This document shows, one piece after another, positions 19,423 through 28,489 of a stretch of DNA of 64,000 nucleotides. The first letter of the stretch is position 1. Every line of letters starts with the position of its first letter. The position numbers were made by a program, and so were the translations under genes. Where the stretch lies: positions 124,001-188,000 of IMG/VR virus record IMGVR_UViG_3300033571_009404; one strand, written 5' to 3'. The notes below the pieces were generated by a model, which did not search any database, had not been told where the DNA came from, and saw only the letters and a program-made list of their open reading frames with translations.

Positions 19423-20748
19423 TTACGATGTGAAGTTAGACTTAGCTGCCACCAGATACTGGATGTTATCAACAGACAGTACCACAAACAGCAGGTTATT
19501 ACGAATGACTTTGGAGTAACCCGTCGTCGGAGAATCATAGATCCCCATCCATTCTGCGTCCAGCACCATCTGCATTAACTTCAATGCAAAGTTCTGGGTC
19601 GGCTGACTCATACGAGCAAAGTCAGGCGAAGTCGAAGAGACGTTAATCAGATCAGGATAGTAGTCCCGTAACTCGAACTTGTTATCCTTATTCTCCGTGC
19701 CGCCTACGGTCAGAATATGCATGGATTTATAGGGGAAACCCATGGCATACCCGTGCTCATTAATATGAGCCTGATCGGAGACGTTCGTTGCATAGGTCTT
19801 AAGAACCTGCAACGATTCGGACAGGGGAGCTTGCGGATCGTGAACACCGGTCTGCGATGCGCGATCTTCGATCGAGTACAAGTCCCAGCGAGGCACCAGA
19901 ATGAATTCAGTGCGACGGAAAAGGTCAGGAAGAATCTTGACCCATTCGTCACGCGTATGCGTACTGTGTGCCAGTACCCAATTCACCAACGCATCCTTGA
20001 TGGAGTCGATGTTGTTACCTGCGTTACCATAGATCAAAACGCACCACAGACTCGGTACAACGTTCTGTGCGTTCTGTTGATCGTGGTAGTCGAAGGAGTC
20101 GATACGGATGACTGTTTCAGGTACACCGTTCTTGGCCAGTTGTGCTTTGGTAATCACTTCAGGTACAGTGATCGATTCCAGAGCAAGCTTGACTTCTTGA
20201 CCAGTACGGAAGAAGTAATCGACGTCGTCGAAAGGCGGCACTACGAGAATCTCGTATTCGTCATAGTGCGTCTGGAAGTTCGAGTCGACGAACCAGAACT
20301 TGAACAGATTATCATCACGTGTAGTACCGTCATCTTTGAAGACGATCTTAGACTTCCAGGAGACCCATTCAGGCATCCAGATATTGCCATCTTGAACAAT
20401 GGCACCACAACGGAAGTCTTCGGCTTCAGCGTCATACGTGGTGATGAGTTTTTGCAACAGTTCATCTGCGAAAACTTGACCACCGTGATTGATGGTGTTA
20501 TCATAGATGAATTTGGTGATCTTCAGAGCTTGGGTACGGTAGGACTCTTGTGCCTCCACCAGCGTGTCGTCTTTCTTGGACAACATCGAGATGATGGTAA
20601 TACGTGGGAATTGAGCGGCGTCTGAATACTCACCCACTTCACGACTGAAGGAGCGAGACAGATCCGAGATCTCACCCACAGTTGCAATCTGACCTGGGGT
20701 GTTCTTGATGAAGTCCGCGTGCGAACTGAATCCTTTAAATGCGTACAT
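19423..20748 (-). CDS. phiKZ-like virion structural protein
   Basis: 441 aa with GEISDLSRSFSRE and TEFILVPRW motifs recalled from phiKZ-like structural proteins; a TTATG motif lies upstream on the minus strand (~20823-20827). Confidence 0.6.
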   Translation of the reverse strand: MYAFKGFSSHADFIKNTPGQIATVGEISDLSRSFSREVGEYSDAAQFPRITIISMLSKKDDTLVEAQESYRTQALKITKFIYDNTINHGGQVFADELLQKLITTYDAEAEDFRCGAIVQDGNIWMPEWVSWKSKIVFKDDGTTRDDNLFKFWFVDSNFQTHYDEYEILVVPPFDDVDYFFRTGQEVKLALESITVPEVITKAQLAKNGVPETVIRIDSFDYHDQQNAQNVVPSLWCVLIYGNAGNNIDSIKDALVNWVLAHSTHTRDEWVKILPDLFRRTEFILVPRWDLYSIEDRASQTGVHDPQAPLSESLQVLKTYATNVSDQAHINEHGYAMGFPYKSMHILTVGGTENKDNKFELRDYYPDLINVSSTSPDFARMSQPTQNFALKLMQMVLDAEWMGIYDSPTTGYSKVIRNNLLFVVLSVDNIQYLVAAKSNFTS

Positions 20749-20850
20749 CTATTTCTCCCAGATGTTGGAAGGGTGTTAATAAGAACTGCTTGAGTATTTG
20801 TCAAGCCGCTGGTAAACTATAGGCATAAAATAACGCTAGAGGTGCGAGTG

Positions 20851-21237
20851 ATGAGCATTGTTGCAATTTTCAAGACCTTGAGATGGATGTTTGACTTGTT
20901 CAAGCACATCTTCTTAGGTAACAAGTCGTTTTCGTATTACATGCGTGCTCGCCGTAAAGCCACATTGATGTTTATGCTTTTAATTGCCATGTCTTCACTG
21001 GTCTTAGGGCTGTCTGTTCAGAATGCTGAACTGCGCGCTAAAACTAAGGAGGCTGGCAAGCAACTGAATGAATGTGCACCTAACCGTGAGTGCGATAACA
21101 AACCACCACTGAAGAGTGGGGAGGTCAACACTGCACCTCCTCCCAAGAGAGACTCGTATGATTCGAGTGAACATTCGCGTTTTATGAATGAATACTTCGA
21201 TGAAATCGAAAAGAACGAATCTAAAGGAAGAAAGTAA
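20851..21237 (+). CDS. bitopic inner-membrane protein
   Basis: Basic RARRK then a TM (LMFMLLIAMSSLVLGLSV), a coiled coil and a Cys pair; ATG 20851 is spaced correctly from RBS agagg. Confidence 0.65.
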   Translation: MSIVAIFKTLRWMFDLFKHIFLGNKSFSYYMRARRKATLMFMLLIAMSSLVLGLSVQNAELRAKTKEAGKQLNECAPNRECDNKPPLKSGEVNTAPPPKRDSYDSSEHSRFMNEYFDEIEKNESKGRK

Positions 21238-21242
21238 TTGAC

Positions 21243-21719
21243 ATGAAGATGAATATCCATAGCTTCGCTAAAGTCATGTTTGTTTTGGTATTGAGCGGTT
21301 GTGCAATCAACAACACTTACTATCAGCAACAAGAACGTGATCCTAATCATTATCGCGCTGGGGATAAGTCTACCCGCGAACAGCAATCACGATCTACTCC
21401 TCCAGTAGGGGAGGTCAATCACGAAGTGAATAAGCCTCCTGTTGAAGAAAAACCCAAGACAACTAGACCGGTGCAAAAGCCTCAGACGGTTAAGTCCAGT
21501 TGTCCACCCTTCGTACTACCCAAGATACCGGAAGTACCACCACTTCCCAGAGACTCAGTTGAAGCCATTCGCACAAATACTGCAATGACGGATATTGAGC
21601 GACAAAAAGCTTTAGATGAAATCGAAAAGCAGCACATTATCGCTTTACGAGCTGATGCTAATAGCTTACGTAAAGACATTGCTGAAGCTTACGAGAAATA
21701 CAAGAAAGCTTGTCACTGA
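21243..21719 (+). CDS. lipoprotein
   Basis: Signal peptide with lipobox LSGC, Pro-rich linker and C-terminal helix with a Cys pair. Confidence 0.7.
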   Translation: MKMNIHSFAKVMFVLVLSGCAINNTYYQQQERDPNHYRAGDKSTREQQSRSTPPVGEVNHEVNKPPVEEKPKTTRPVQKPQTVKSSCPPFVLPKIPEVPPLPRDSVEAIRTNTAMTDIERQKALDEIEKQHIIALRADANSLRKDIAEAYEKYKKACH

Positions 21720-21772
21720 ATCTTTTTACACGACAGGCTCATCCTGTGTAAATCTAAAAGCTAGGAGCTAGT

Positions 21773-23281
21773 ATGGAACAAGGCATGGTCTGCTACTGCG
21801 ACGGTGGTTCTCGCAATGGCACCGCTAAAGGTGGAGCAGGTTGGGGAGGCTTTGGCATCCACGGTTATCTCTACAGGCTGGTAGAAGAAGTTAAGAAGGG
21901 TGCAGGGATGGCTGATTGGATCCCCTGCACTGATGGATACGTCACCAAGAAGGAATTTAAGGAAGGCACTAATAAGTTCACTGAAGTCGAAGTCGTCCAT
22001 TATATCGACGGCGTGGGCTCCTTCGGCATGGATGTTACTAACAACTATGCAGAACTTCAGGCCGCCATTAATGCTCTACGGCATGCACAGCAATACGTGC
22101 TCAAGTCTGTTCTGATCGTCTCTGATAGCCGTTACGTCATTGACGGGATGAATGAGTACGTGGACAACTGGGCGTCTTATGGTTGGAAGAAACGCAATGG
22201 CGGTGAAATCGCCAATCTTGATGTATGGCAAGAGTTAGCCGCGCTACGAGACAACCTTGTCAACAATGGGGTCAAGATTGAATGGCGATGGGTCAAGGGG
22301 CACGATGAGGAGCGAGGGAATATCGGCAACACTATTGCTGATCGATATGCTACCATCGGAGTCATGTGTTCTAAGGGTGGTGAAGTACGTATCGAGATCG
22401 ATACTACAGCTGCTCAAGGTTATTGGAAGAACGATGTGGATAAGCATCCGCTTATCTGTCACCGTCGTATGTACTTCAACACGGCTAAGGATGGAAACAA
22501 GCCGGGCGAGTACTACATTGGTGAGCATGGTGCTGACGATGAAATCTTGGGCACTCGTAAGAGTGATGGCTGTTATGGTATCGTACGCTTGAAAGTACCT
22601 GAACCAGTCGTGGAAACCGTGCTGGACCATGCTGTAAGGTCCGCTGGAAGCCTTGACAATATTATGGCAGTGAGGTTAGATAACCTTTTCCGTGTGGATA
22701 CATATCAAGATATCCGCCGTCATGGACAGTTTGCTTTCATTCAGTCCAACAAGTACAACTTGTCGACGACGTGTATTGACGAGCAACCTCTCACCACAGA
22801 GTTCACTCGTCCGATGTTGGCCATGCGGGCCGTTGAGGCTATCGACGCTCTCGCTGACATTCTCAAGTTGTACCAAAGCCGTGATCCAAGTATTACCACC
22901 ACTGACATAACCGATGTCTTCTACACTACGGAAACCAAGGTGAAGAAGAAAGAGGAAGTGAAAGAAACGCTTTTGAAACCTGAGTTCGGCGTAGGCTATA
23001 CCGACGTAAAGGTAGAAGCTAATTTCAATGACGGAGTTAACGGACTGCGTCAGGCACCAGTTATTCTGGTATTGGGATTGGATTTACCTCATCGCAACTC
23101 TCTGAAGCAATTGGAATCGTATTCTCCCAAGGTGACGTTAGTTACATGGAGCGACGAAGTCAATACGTTCAGGTTTGCGACAGTGATCGAAGCGGGTGAC
23201 GACTTGGGTATTTACGTTGGTCAGTATAGCAACTTGCGTTTGATTGCACCTCCAGCTACACTGACTGAGTCAGCAACTTAA
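21773..23281 (+). CDS. rnhA: ribonuclease HI with C-terminal extension
   Basis: CDGGSR, TNNYAELQA, VSDSRYV and WVKGH...GNTIAD give the complete RNase HI catalytic set. Confidence 0.9.
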   Translation: MEQGMVCYCDGGSRNGTAKGGAGWGGFGIHGYLYRLVEEVKKGAGMADWIPCTDGYVTKKEFKEGTNKFTEVEVVHYIDGVGSFGMDVTNNYAELQAAINALRHAQQYVLKSVLIVSDSRYVIDGMNEYVDNWASYGWKKRNGGEIANLDVWQELAALRDNLVNNGVKIEWRWVKGHDEERGNIGNTIADRYATIGVMCSKGGEVRIEIDTTAAQGYWKNDVDKHPLICHRRMYFNTAKDGNKPGEYYIGEHGADDEILGTRKSDGCYGIVRLKVPEPVVETVLDHAVRSAGSLDNIMAVRLDNLFRVDTYQDIRRHGQFAFIQSNKYNLSTTCIDEQPLTTEFTRPMLAMRAVEAIDALADILKLYQSRDPSITTTDITDVFYTTETKVKKKEEVKETLLKPEFGVGYTDVKVEANFNDGVNGLRQAPVILVLGLDLPHRNSLKQLESYSPKVTLVTWSDEVNTFRFATVIEAGDDLGIYVGQYSNLRLIAPPATLTESAT

Positions 23282-23301
23282 CCCATCCCGGAGCTTAACC
23301 C

Positions 23302-23706
23302 ATGAACGCAATTCTACAGTTGTTCTCGGGTATGTTCGGCTTCTTCTTCAAGAGGTTGCCGCCACACACCCAGCGCGCGCTGTTCATGGCATCTTACGTG
23401 GTGCAAAGCTATCGTCGCAACCACGACGATGTCAAAGCAAAAGACGAAAAGGAGATCCTTAAGAAGTTGGATCGAATCTTCGACCTATGCAATGAAGGCA
23501 ATGTCAACGTGATGCAAATGCCCGATCTCGTTTCTAAAGTGATCGTGAAGGGTGTGGTGATCTATGATGTCAACAAGCCAGTCTCGTCTGACGAGGCAAC
23601 AGCCATGGCTCGTGATGTCACAGGTCAGGTACCCGAATGGCTTCGTTATGAAGGTATTGAGACCGACACGGCTCAGCTTTTACAACGCATGCCATCTGCG
23701 GCTTAA
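23302..23706 (+). CDS. hypothetical protein
   Basis: 134-aa ORF with an RBS, between rnhA and a hairpin. Confidence 0.7.
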   Translation: MNAILQLFSGMFGFFFKRLPPHTQRALFMASYVVQSYRRNHDDVKAKDEKEILKKLDRIFDLCNEGNVNVMQMPDLVSKVIVKGVVIYDVNKPVSSDEATAMARDVTGQVPEWLRYEGIETDTAQLLQRMPSAA

Positions 23707-23725
23707 CCGCAGTAATTGATCTAAC

Positions 23726-23779
23726 GTCATAAATCCCTACCCCTCCCAGTGCATCGGGAAAGGGTAGGGGTCTTATGAC
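23726..23779. terminator. bidirectional hairpin with GTCATA/TATGAC feet
   Basis: Arms ccctaccc / gggtaggg flanked by gtcata and tatgac, between convergent genes. Confidence 0.7.
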
Positions 23780-23780
23780 C

Positions 23781-24632
23781 TTACGCGTCGAAACCAATCG
23801 ACTTGACTTGCTTGGTCAGATCGTCCATTGCCACAGTCAGGCAGTTGGAGATGGCCAGGCTACGGAAGTGCACCACCGAGTAGAACTCCAGTTCCTTAGC
23901 CACTTGATAAGCACCGTCAGCAATAGCGCTAATGACTTGGGGACTGATGTTGTCGTTGATGGAACCATCAGCTTTGGCTTTGGACTTCAGAACGTCCACC
24001 AGCGCCATCACAGAAGCAATCGACTTCTTGATCTTCTGACGATCGATACCGTTGATGATGTCCGAGACTTCTAACATCGTCTTCAGAACATCGAACCAGT
24101 CTTGCTGGCGTGCGATTGCGTCCCCATACGACAGCATGGGATTGTGTTTACCGTGATCGAAGTTTGCTTCCATCGCAGTAGCAACAGCCAGACGAGCCTT
24201 CTCTAACGAGTTATAGTACACCATCTCGTCTTTGGTCGACAACCACATCTCCGGCGTGTTGACCAGAATAGCAATGTACTTGCTATAGTACGCCAGTGCT
24301 TCATTGATCTTCTCTTTGGAATGCAGTGCGGCTTCTTTCAGAGAAGTCAAGGTTTGCAAGTAAGTGCCTTTCTGACCTTCAGGAACCGGCACAGAGAAGT
24401 CAGACAGGCGGGAATAGGAGATCTTACCCATCAGGTCTAAGAACTTGCGCTGATCGCGCGAGAAGACGATAGGTTCATCCGACGGTGCATTGGATGCAAA
24501 CGAGGAGAACAGCTGGGTAAAGATAGTCGGTACAAAAGCACGCATGGAGTCAGCCAAACCTTCGTTGGAGACTTTCATGTCGTTTTTCAGTTGCTTGCGG
24601 AAGAAATCAATGGTTTCCGATGGCTTGGTCAT
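23781..24632 (-). CDS. putative virion head protein (possibly protease-processed)
   Basis: ATG 24632 with RBS agaagg; VSNE near the N-terminus resembles phiKZ S/A-x-E prohead protease sites. Confidence 0.55.
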   Translation of the reverse strand: MTKPSETIDFFRKQLKNDMKVSNEGLADSMRAFVPTIFTQLFSSFASNAPSDEPIVFSRDQRKFLDLMGKISYSRLSDFSVPVPEGQKGTYLQTLTSLKEAALHSKEKINEALAYYSKYIAILVNTPEMWLSTKDEMVYYNSLEKARLAVATAMEANFDHGKHNPMLSYGDAIARQQDWFDVLKTMLEVSDIINGIDRQKIKKSIASVMALVDVLKSKAKADGSINDNISPQVISAIADGAYQVAKELEFYSVVHFRSLAISNCLTVAMDDLTKQVKSIGFDA

Positions 24633-24780
24633 TTCAATACCTTCTCTTGGTATAGTAAGTAAAACTTCTTGATAACTCAAGAAGGCGTTAGAGTGGTGTA
24701 CATAAAAATAAACTGAGAATGTGTATAGTTTGATCCAACCGTTTTTTCAACAACATCTACCATAAATGAGGCAGTAGACG

Positions 24781-26250
24781 ATGTTAACACAACCTTTTGC
24801 TAAGGCTCCTCTCATCATGCCGATGATTAACATCGGCGCACTGCAAGATATTCCGACTGGTAAGTGGGAACGCGGTGCATATGGTGAATACATTCTGAAT
24901 GGTGGCTTAGCTATCATTGAAGGCGTGACTGGCCGTCCGAACATGTTCAAGTCCACCTTCCAACGTTATCGCTCTTTGAGGGCATCTGCTCGTATTCCGC
25001 AATCTGTCGGATCGATCTTCGACACTGAAGTGAACATGCACGAAGGGCACCAGGCGCACTTTGCTGCTGGTATTCCCGAGTTCGAAGGCGAACAAGTGTT
25101 TGACACTGGTCGTTGGGTGATCTCCAACAAAGCGCAATACAGTGGTAACGAGTACTACGCTCTCCAGAAAGAATTCCTGGAAGGTAAGGTCAAGAATGCC
25201 AAGGATCACTCTGTGGTGCTCCCGCTTCTGGATCGTGACAGTGCTCCCATGAAGGTCATCATTCCGTCGTTCTCGAATATGGACTCCATCACTCAGTTTG
25301 ACACTGATGAGATGATGCGTATCCAAAAAGACAACAACATTGATGATTCTTCCGGTAAGGTCATTTATGCCCTCGCTGGTCTGGCTAAGAAGCGTCTCTT
25401 GGACGAAGCACCTCGTCTGATGATTCGTTCGTCGAACTATCTGTCGATGACAGCACACCTGACCAAGAAGATTGAACTGGGTGGTGGTGGACCTGGTAAG
25501 TCGATGTTGCCGGATAAGCAGCTGAAGTTCCTGAAGGGTGATGACGTTATCAAGGGTGCTGGTCCTGGCTTCCTGACACTGACTCACAACCTGTGGTACA
25601 TCTACAACACATCCCCGCTGATCAATCAGGCCGACAAGACTGTGCTGTATCCGAAGAATCGTGATGACGACCTGAATCTGGATACTGACTTAAATGAAGT
25701 CACCATGATCAACCTGCGTGGTAAGTCTGGTGTGTCTGGTCTGCCGGTGCGCGTTATCATCTCGCAGAAGAACGGTGTGATGCCTGAACTGTCGGAGTTC
25801 CGCTACCTGAAGGAAACGGGCAACTACGGCTTTGAAGGTAACAACACAACCTACAACAGTGTCTTCCTGCCGGAAGTCAAGATCATGCGTACGACTATTC
25901 GTTCATTGATTGAAGAGAACCCACTGCTGTGCCGTGCACTGAACATTCAAGCTGAGATGTGTCAGATGGATGAACTGTGGGATGCTGGTATGGGTCCGGA
26001 TGTGCAACAGACACCGAAACAACTGTACGAGACTCTGAAGGCTAAGGGTTATAACTGGGAAGTCCTGCTGAAGACGCGTGGTTGGTATACTTACAACAAC
26101 GATCAACACAAGGTGCCTTTCCTGTCGACCATGGACTTGCTCTGCATGACCCTGCCGGAAGATCATCCTTCGTACTACTTCCCGTTCTGGATGGATCCTG
26201 CAACTAAGGACATCAAGGCCGAATACCGTGAAAAGTACATGACAGAATGA
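24781..26250 (+). CDS. uvsX: UvsX/RecA-like recombinase
   Basis: INIGALQDIPTG, Walker A-like GRPNMFKST and DSITQF; typical of the phiKZ-like UvsX family. Confidence 0.85.
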   Translation: MLTQPFAKAPLIMPMINIGALQDIPTGKWERGAYGEYILNGGLAIIEGVTGRPNMFKSTFQRYRSLRASARIPQSVGSIFDTEVNMHEGHQAHFAAGIPEFEGEQVFDTGRWVISNKAQYSGNEYYALQKEFLEGKVKNAKDHSVVLPLLDRDSAPMKVIIPSFSNMDSITQFDTDEMMRIQKDNNIDDSSGKVIYALAGLAKKRLLDEAPRLMIRSSNYLSMTAHLTKKIELGGGGPGKSMLPDKQLKFLKGDDVIKGAGPGFLTLTHNLWYIYNTSPLINQADKTVLYPKNRDDDLNLDTDLNEVTMINLRGKSGVSGLPVRVIISQKNGVMPELSEFRYLKETGNYGFEGNNTTYNSVFLPEVKIMRTTIRSLIEENPLLCRALNIQAEMCQMDELWDAGMGPDVQQTPKQLYETLKAKGYNWEVLLKTRGWYTYNNDQHKVPFLSTMDLLCMTLPEDHPSYYFPFWMDPATKDIKAEYREKYMTE

Positions 26251-26257
26251 GGTTACA

Positions 26258-26938
26258 ATGACTGAAGTCACAGCAAAACAACTTTCTATTTACACTGGAA
26301 AGAACAATTCACCGGCACGCAATGTGATCGTGGAGCCGATAATCAACTTCACTGGAATGAAGATTGATAGTGAACTCTATCGTGCTGCTAATGCATTGCA
26401 TTGCACGCTGAGATACCATGCCATCAAGGTTAGTGGTTTACGTGATGTGAAGATTCTGGATGTGACTGGTAAAGAAATTCTCCTTGCTGACTTTAGACCA
26501 GTGATGGAATTCGATGAAGTTGAAGGTGAGGCTATCTTCCGTATGTTCGATTACTTCCAACTGCTGAAGGTACGCCAGTTGCGAAAAATCGCAACTGAAC
26601 AGGAAGCCAAGTTTACCTTCGACGTTGTATTCATCGAACCCGATCCCACCCACACAGTTGTGGTACGTGCCTGGAAGATTGCAAATGCCTATATCCGTGA
26701 ACTGGGTGGTCCTGACGGCAAACGTGATCTGACAGCTGCACCTGATTATAAAAGAGTACAGATACGGCTTGATGGTGATTTCTACCGTGATGAAAACACG
26801 ATGAAACAAGCCAAAGAGATTCTTAACGATGTGCGTTTGGTGTCTTCCAATCCACATAGCCGCACGCGGTTCGTTGAGAACATCTCAAAAGACGTAGTTG
26901 TTTCCGGGAAAAGCGATGGCAAAGATGCGGCAAACTGA
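26258..26938 (+). CDS. divergent tail tube protein paralogue
   Basis: Aligns by eye with 59718-60584: 34 identities over an ungapped 87-aa block (EPDPTHT, AW-x-I-x-N, RDLT, NP, FV, IS-x-DV). Confidence 0.85.
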   Translation: MTEVTAKQLSIYTGKNNSPARNVIVEPIINFTGMKIDSELYRAANALHCTLRYHAIKVSGLRDVKILDVTGKEILLADFRPVMEFDEVEGEAIFRMFDYFQLLKVRQLRKIATEQEAKFTFDVVFIEPDPTHTVVVRAWKIANAYIRELGGPDGKRDLTAAPDYKRVQIRLDGDFYRDENTMKQAKEILNDVRLVSSNPHSRTRFVENISKDVVVSGKSDGKDAAN

Positions 26939-27242
26939 AGAAGATCAAAAAGCCCTTGATCTGGGTCTGAGTGTAAACTTGGCCATAGCTTTAAGGAAAC
27001 CCGAGGTTAAGGGCTTGACTACTCCTGTGTATAACACCAACGACACTGTCTTGGATATCCACGGTAAGCGAGTAGGTGTTATCTTCATGTCCCCTAATAC
27101 AGTTGTTAAGAACGACAAAGGTGAATGCCTGTACGGCATTTCCTTTAATACCACTGAAGGTCGTCAAATTCAATATGTCGCACAAGAGACTGTTGAGAAC
27201 GATGACGACTATGCATTGGTTAAATCACATAAACGTCGATAA
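26916..27242 (+). CDS. hypothetical protein
   Basis: ORF overlapping the end of the tube paralogue; the start is uncertain (26916 or 26925). Confidence 0.6.
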   Translation: MAKMRQTEEDQKALDLGLSVNLAIALRKPEVKGLTTPVYNTNDTVLDIHGKRVGVIFMSPNTVVKNDKGECLYGISFNTTEGRQIQYVAQETVENDDDYALVKSHKRR

Positions 27243-27251
27243 GGATACATC

Positions 27252-27725
27252 ATGTTCAATTCCAAAGATCTCGAAGCTGCAGACAGTCTGAAAGTATCTA
27301 TGTTCACACCACCGGAACAAGAAGAAGGTCGTATCGGTGAAGCGGTGATGGACATCTTCGCAGTTAAGTCGAAGTTCAAGTTTAACCTGCATGACATCGT
27401 CATGCATTACAAGGGTGGTACGTATTACATTGTCGGTACTCCTGACGAATACGTGATCGAAGCCACTCGTGAACCAGCTTACGCCTATCTGATGGAAGAT
27501 GGTCGCGTCTGCGTGCGTTCCCAAGCTGAAATGGAATCCAACCTCGAAGGTGGTGAAGTTCCTCGCTTTGCTCGCATCAACCCGCCTGGCATCGGTATCG
27601 TCGATTCGGCATGGATGAATAAGACTCGTGAATGGATTCAAGCCTATCACGAAAAGCTCGCCAAAATGGTCGTTACCGGCGAAGCCAGGACTACCCTCTG
27701 GCTGACATCGAAGCACGCTGCTTAA
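27252..27725 (+). CDS. DUF1653-like domain protein
   Basis: HYKGGTYYIVG...EATREPAYAY...GRVCVRS matches the DUF1653 pattern. Confidence 0.7.
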   Translation: MFNSKDLEAADSLKVSMFTPPEQEEGRIGEAVMDIFAVKSKFKFNLHDIVMHYKGGTYYIVGTPDEYVIEATREPAYAYLMEDGRVCVRSQAEMESNLEGGEVPRFARINPPGIGIVDSAWMNKTREWIQAYHEKLAKMVVTGEARTTLWLTSKHAA

Positions 27726-27770
27726 GAAACTGTCAGAAAACATCGTATATATTTCATGAGGGAAGCTACC

Positions 27771-28118
27771 ATGAAGCTCGAAGATTTCACCCTTGGGGAA
27801 TTAGAACGCCACAACAAGCTAGGTGAGGAAGCTGGGGAAGTGCTCAAGGCAATGATGAAGATGCATAACCACGGTAAACACACTGAAGCAGAAGGTATCG
27901 TCTATGACAACATTGGTGACTTTACCGATGAGATTGGTGACTTCCTCGCCGCTGTAGAAAAGATGATCAATCACGGTGACATCGATTACGTGCGGTTAAT
28001 GCAGCGAGTGGCAAAGAAGGGAGCCACCATTACGAAGTTCTTGAAGCATCAGAACTCCGAACCTGTCTATAACTACTCTCTGACGCTACGTAGCGCTGCG
28101 AGTCTTAAACTGGATTGA
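27771..28118 (+). CDS. MazG-like nucleotide pyrophosphohydrolase
   Basis: KLGEEAGEV...DEIGDFL (EExxE...ExxD) all-alpha NTP-PPase motif; ATG 27771 follows RBS gaggga. Confidence 0.75.
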   Translation: MKLEDFTLGELERHNKLGEEAGEVLKAMMKMHNHGKHTEAEGIVYDNIGDFTDEIGDFLAAVEKMINHGDIDYVRLMQRVAKKGATITKFLKHQNSEPVYNYSLTLRSAASLKLD

Positions 28119-28124
28119 TTTACC

Positions 28125-28469
28125 ATGAATCAAGAAACAACTACTGCCCCACAGGAAGAAGGGGTTCGTCCCTTGGCGGAGATCGTCACCAACATCCTGA
28201 AACAAGAAGGACATCCCAATCCCGAGGGTTGGATGCGATTCTTGGAAAATAATACTGGGAATCTGGATGTTATGCTCGAAGATGCAATGGTGCGCCGCGC
28301 CCTCTCCGCCATGTTAGTGGATGCGTCCGCTAATGGCGATGGTCTGAATACCATTGACGAACGTATGGCTGTTTTGACAACTGCTACCCGTCCTGAATGG
28401 ATCCGTATCTTCCAACTGAGGGTTGCACCATGCGTGGTCAAAAACCAGCTGCCGCTGACCAAGCACTGA
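28125..28469 (+). CDS. hypothetical protein
   Basis: 114-aa ORF within the operon. Confidence 0.65.
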   Translation: MNQETTTAPQEEGVRPLAEIVTNILKQEGHPNPEGWMRFLENNTGNLDVMLEDAMVRRALSAMLVDASANGDGLNTIDERMAVLTTATRPEWIRIFQLRVAPCVVKNQLPLTKH

Positions 28470-28489
28470 TCGATGAAGACGGTGTAGTG

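Noticed and set aside
19717-20625. 302-aa antisense ORF within 19423-20748
   Set aside because: It mirrors the codons of the real minus-strand gene and has an atypical composition.
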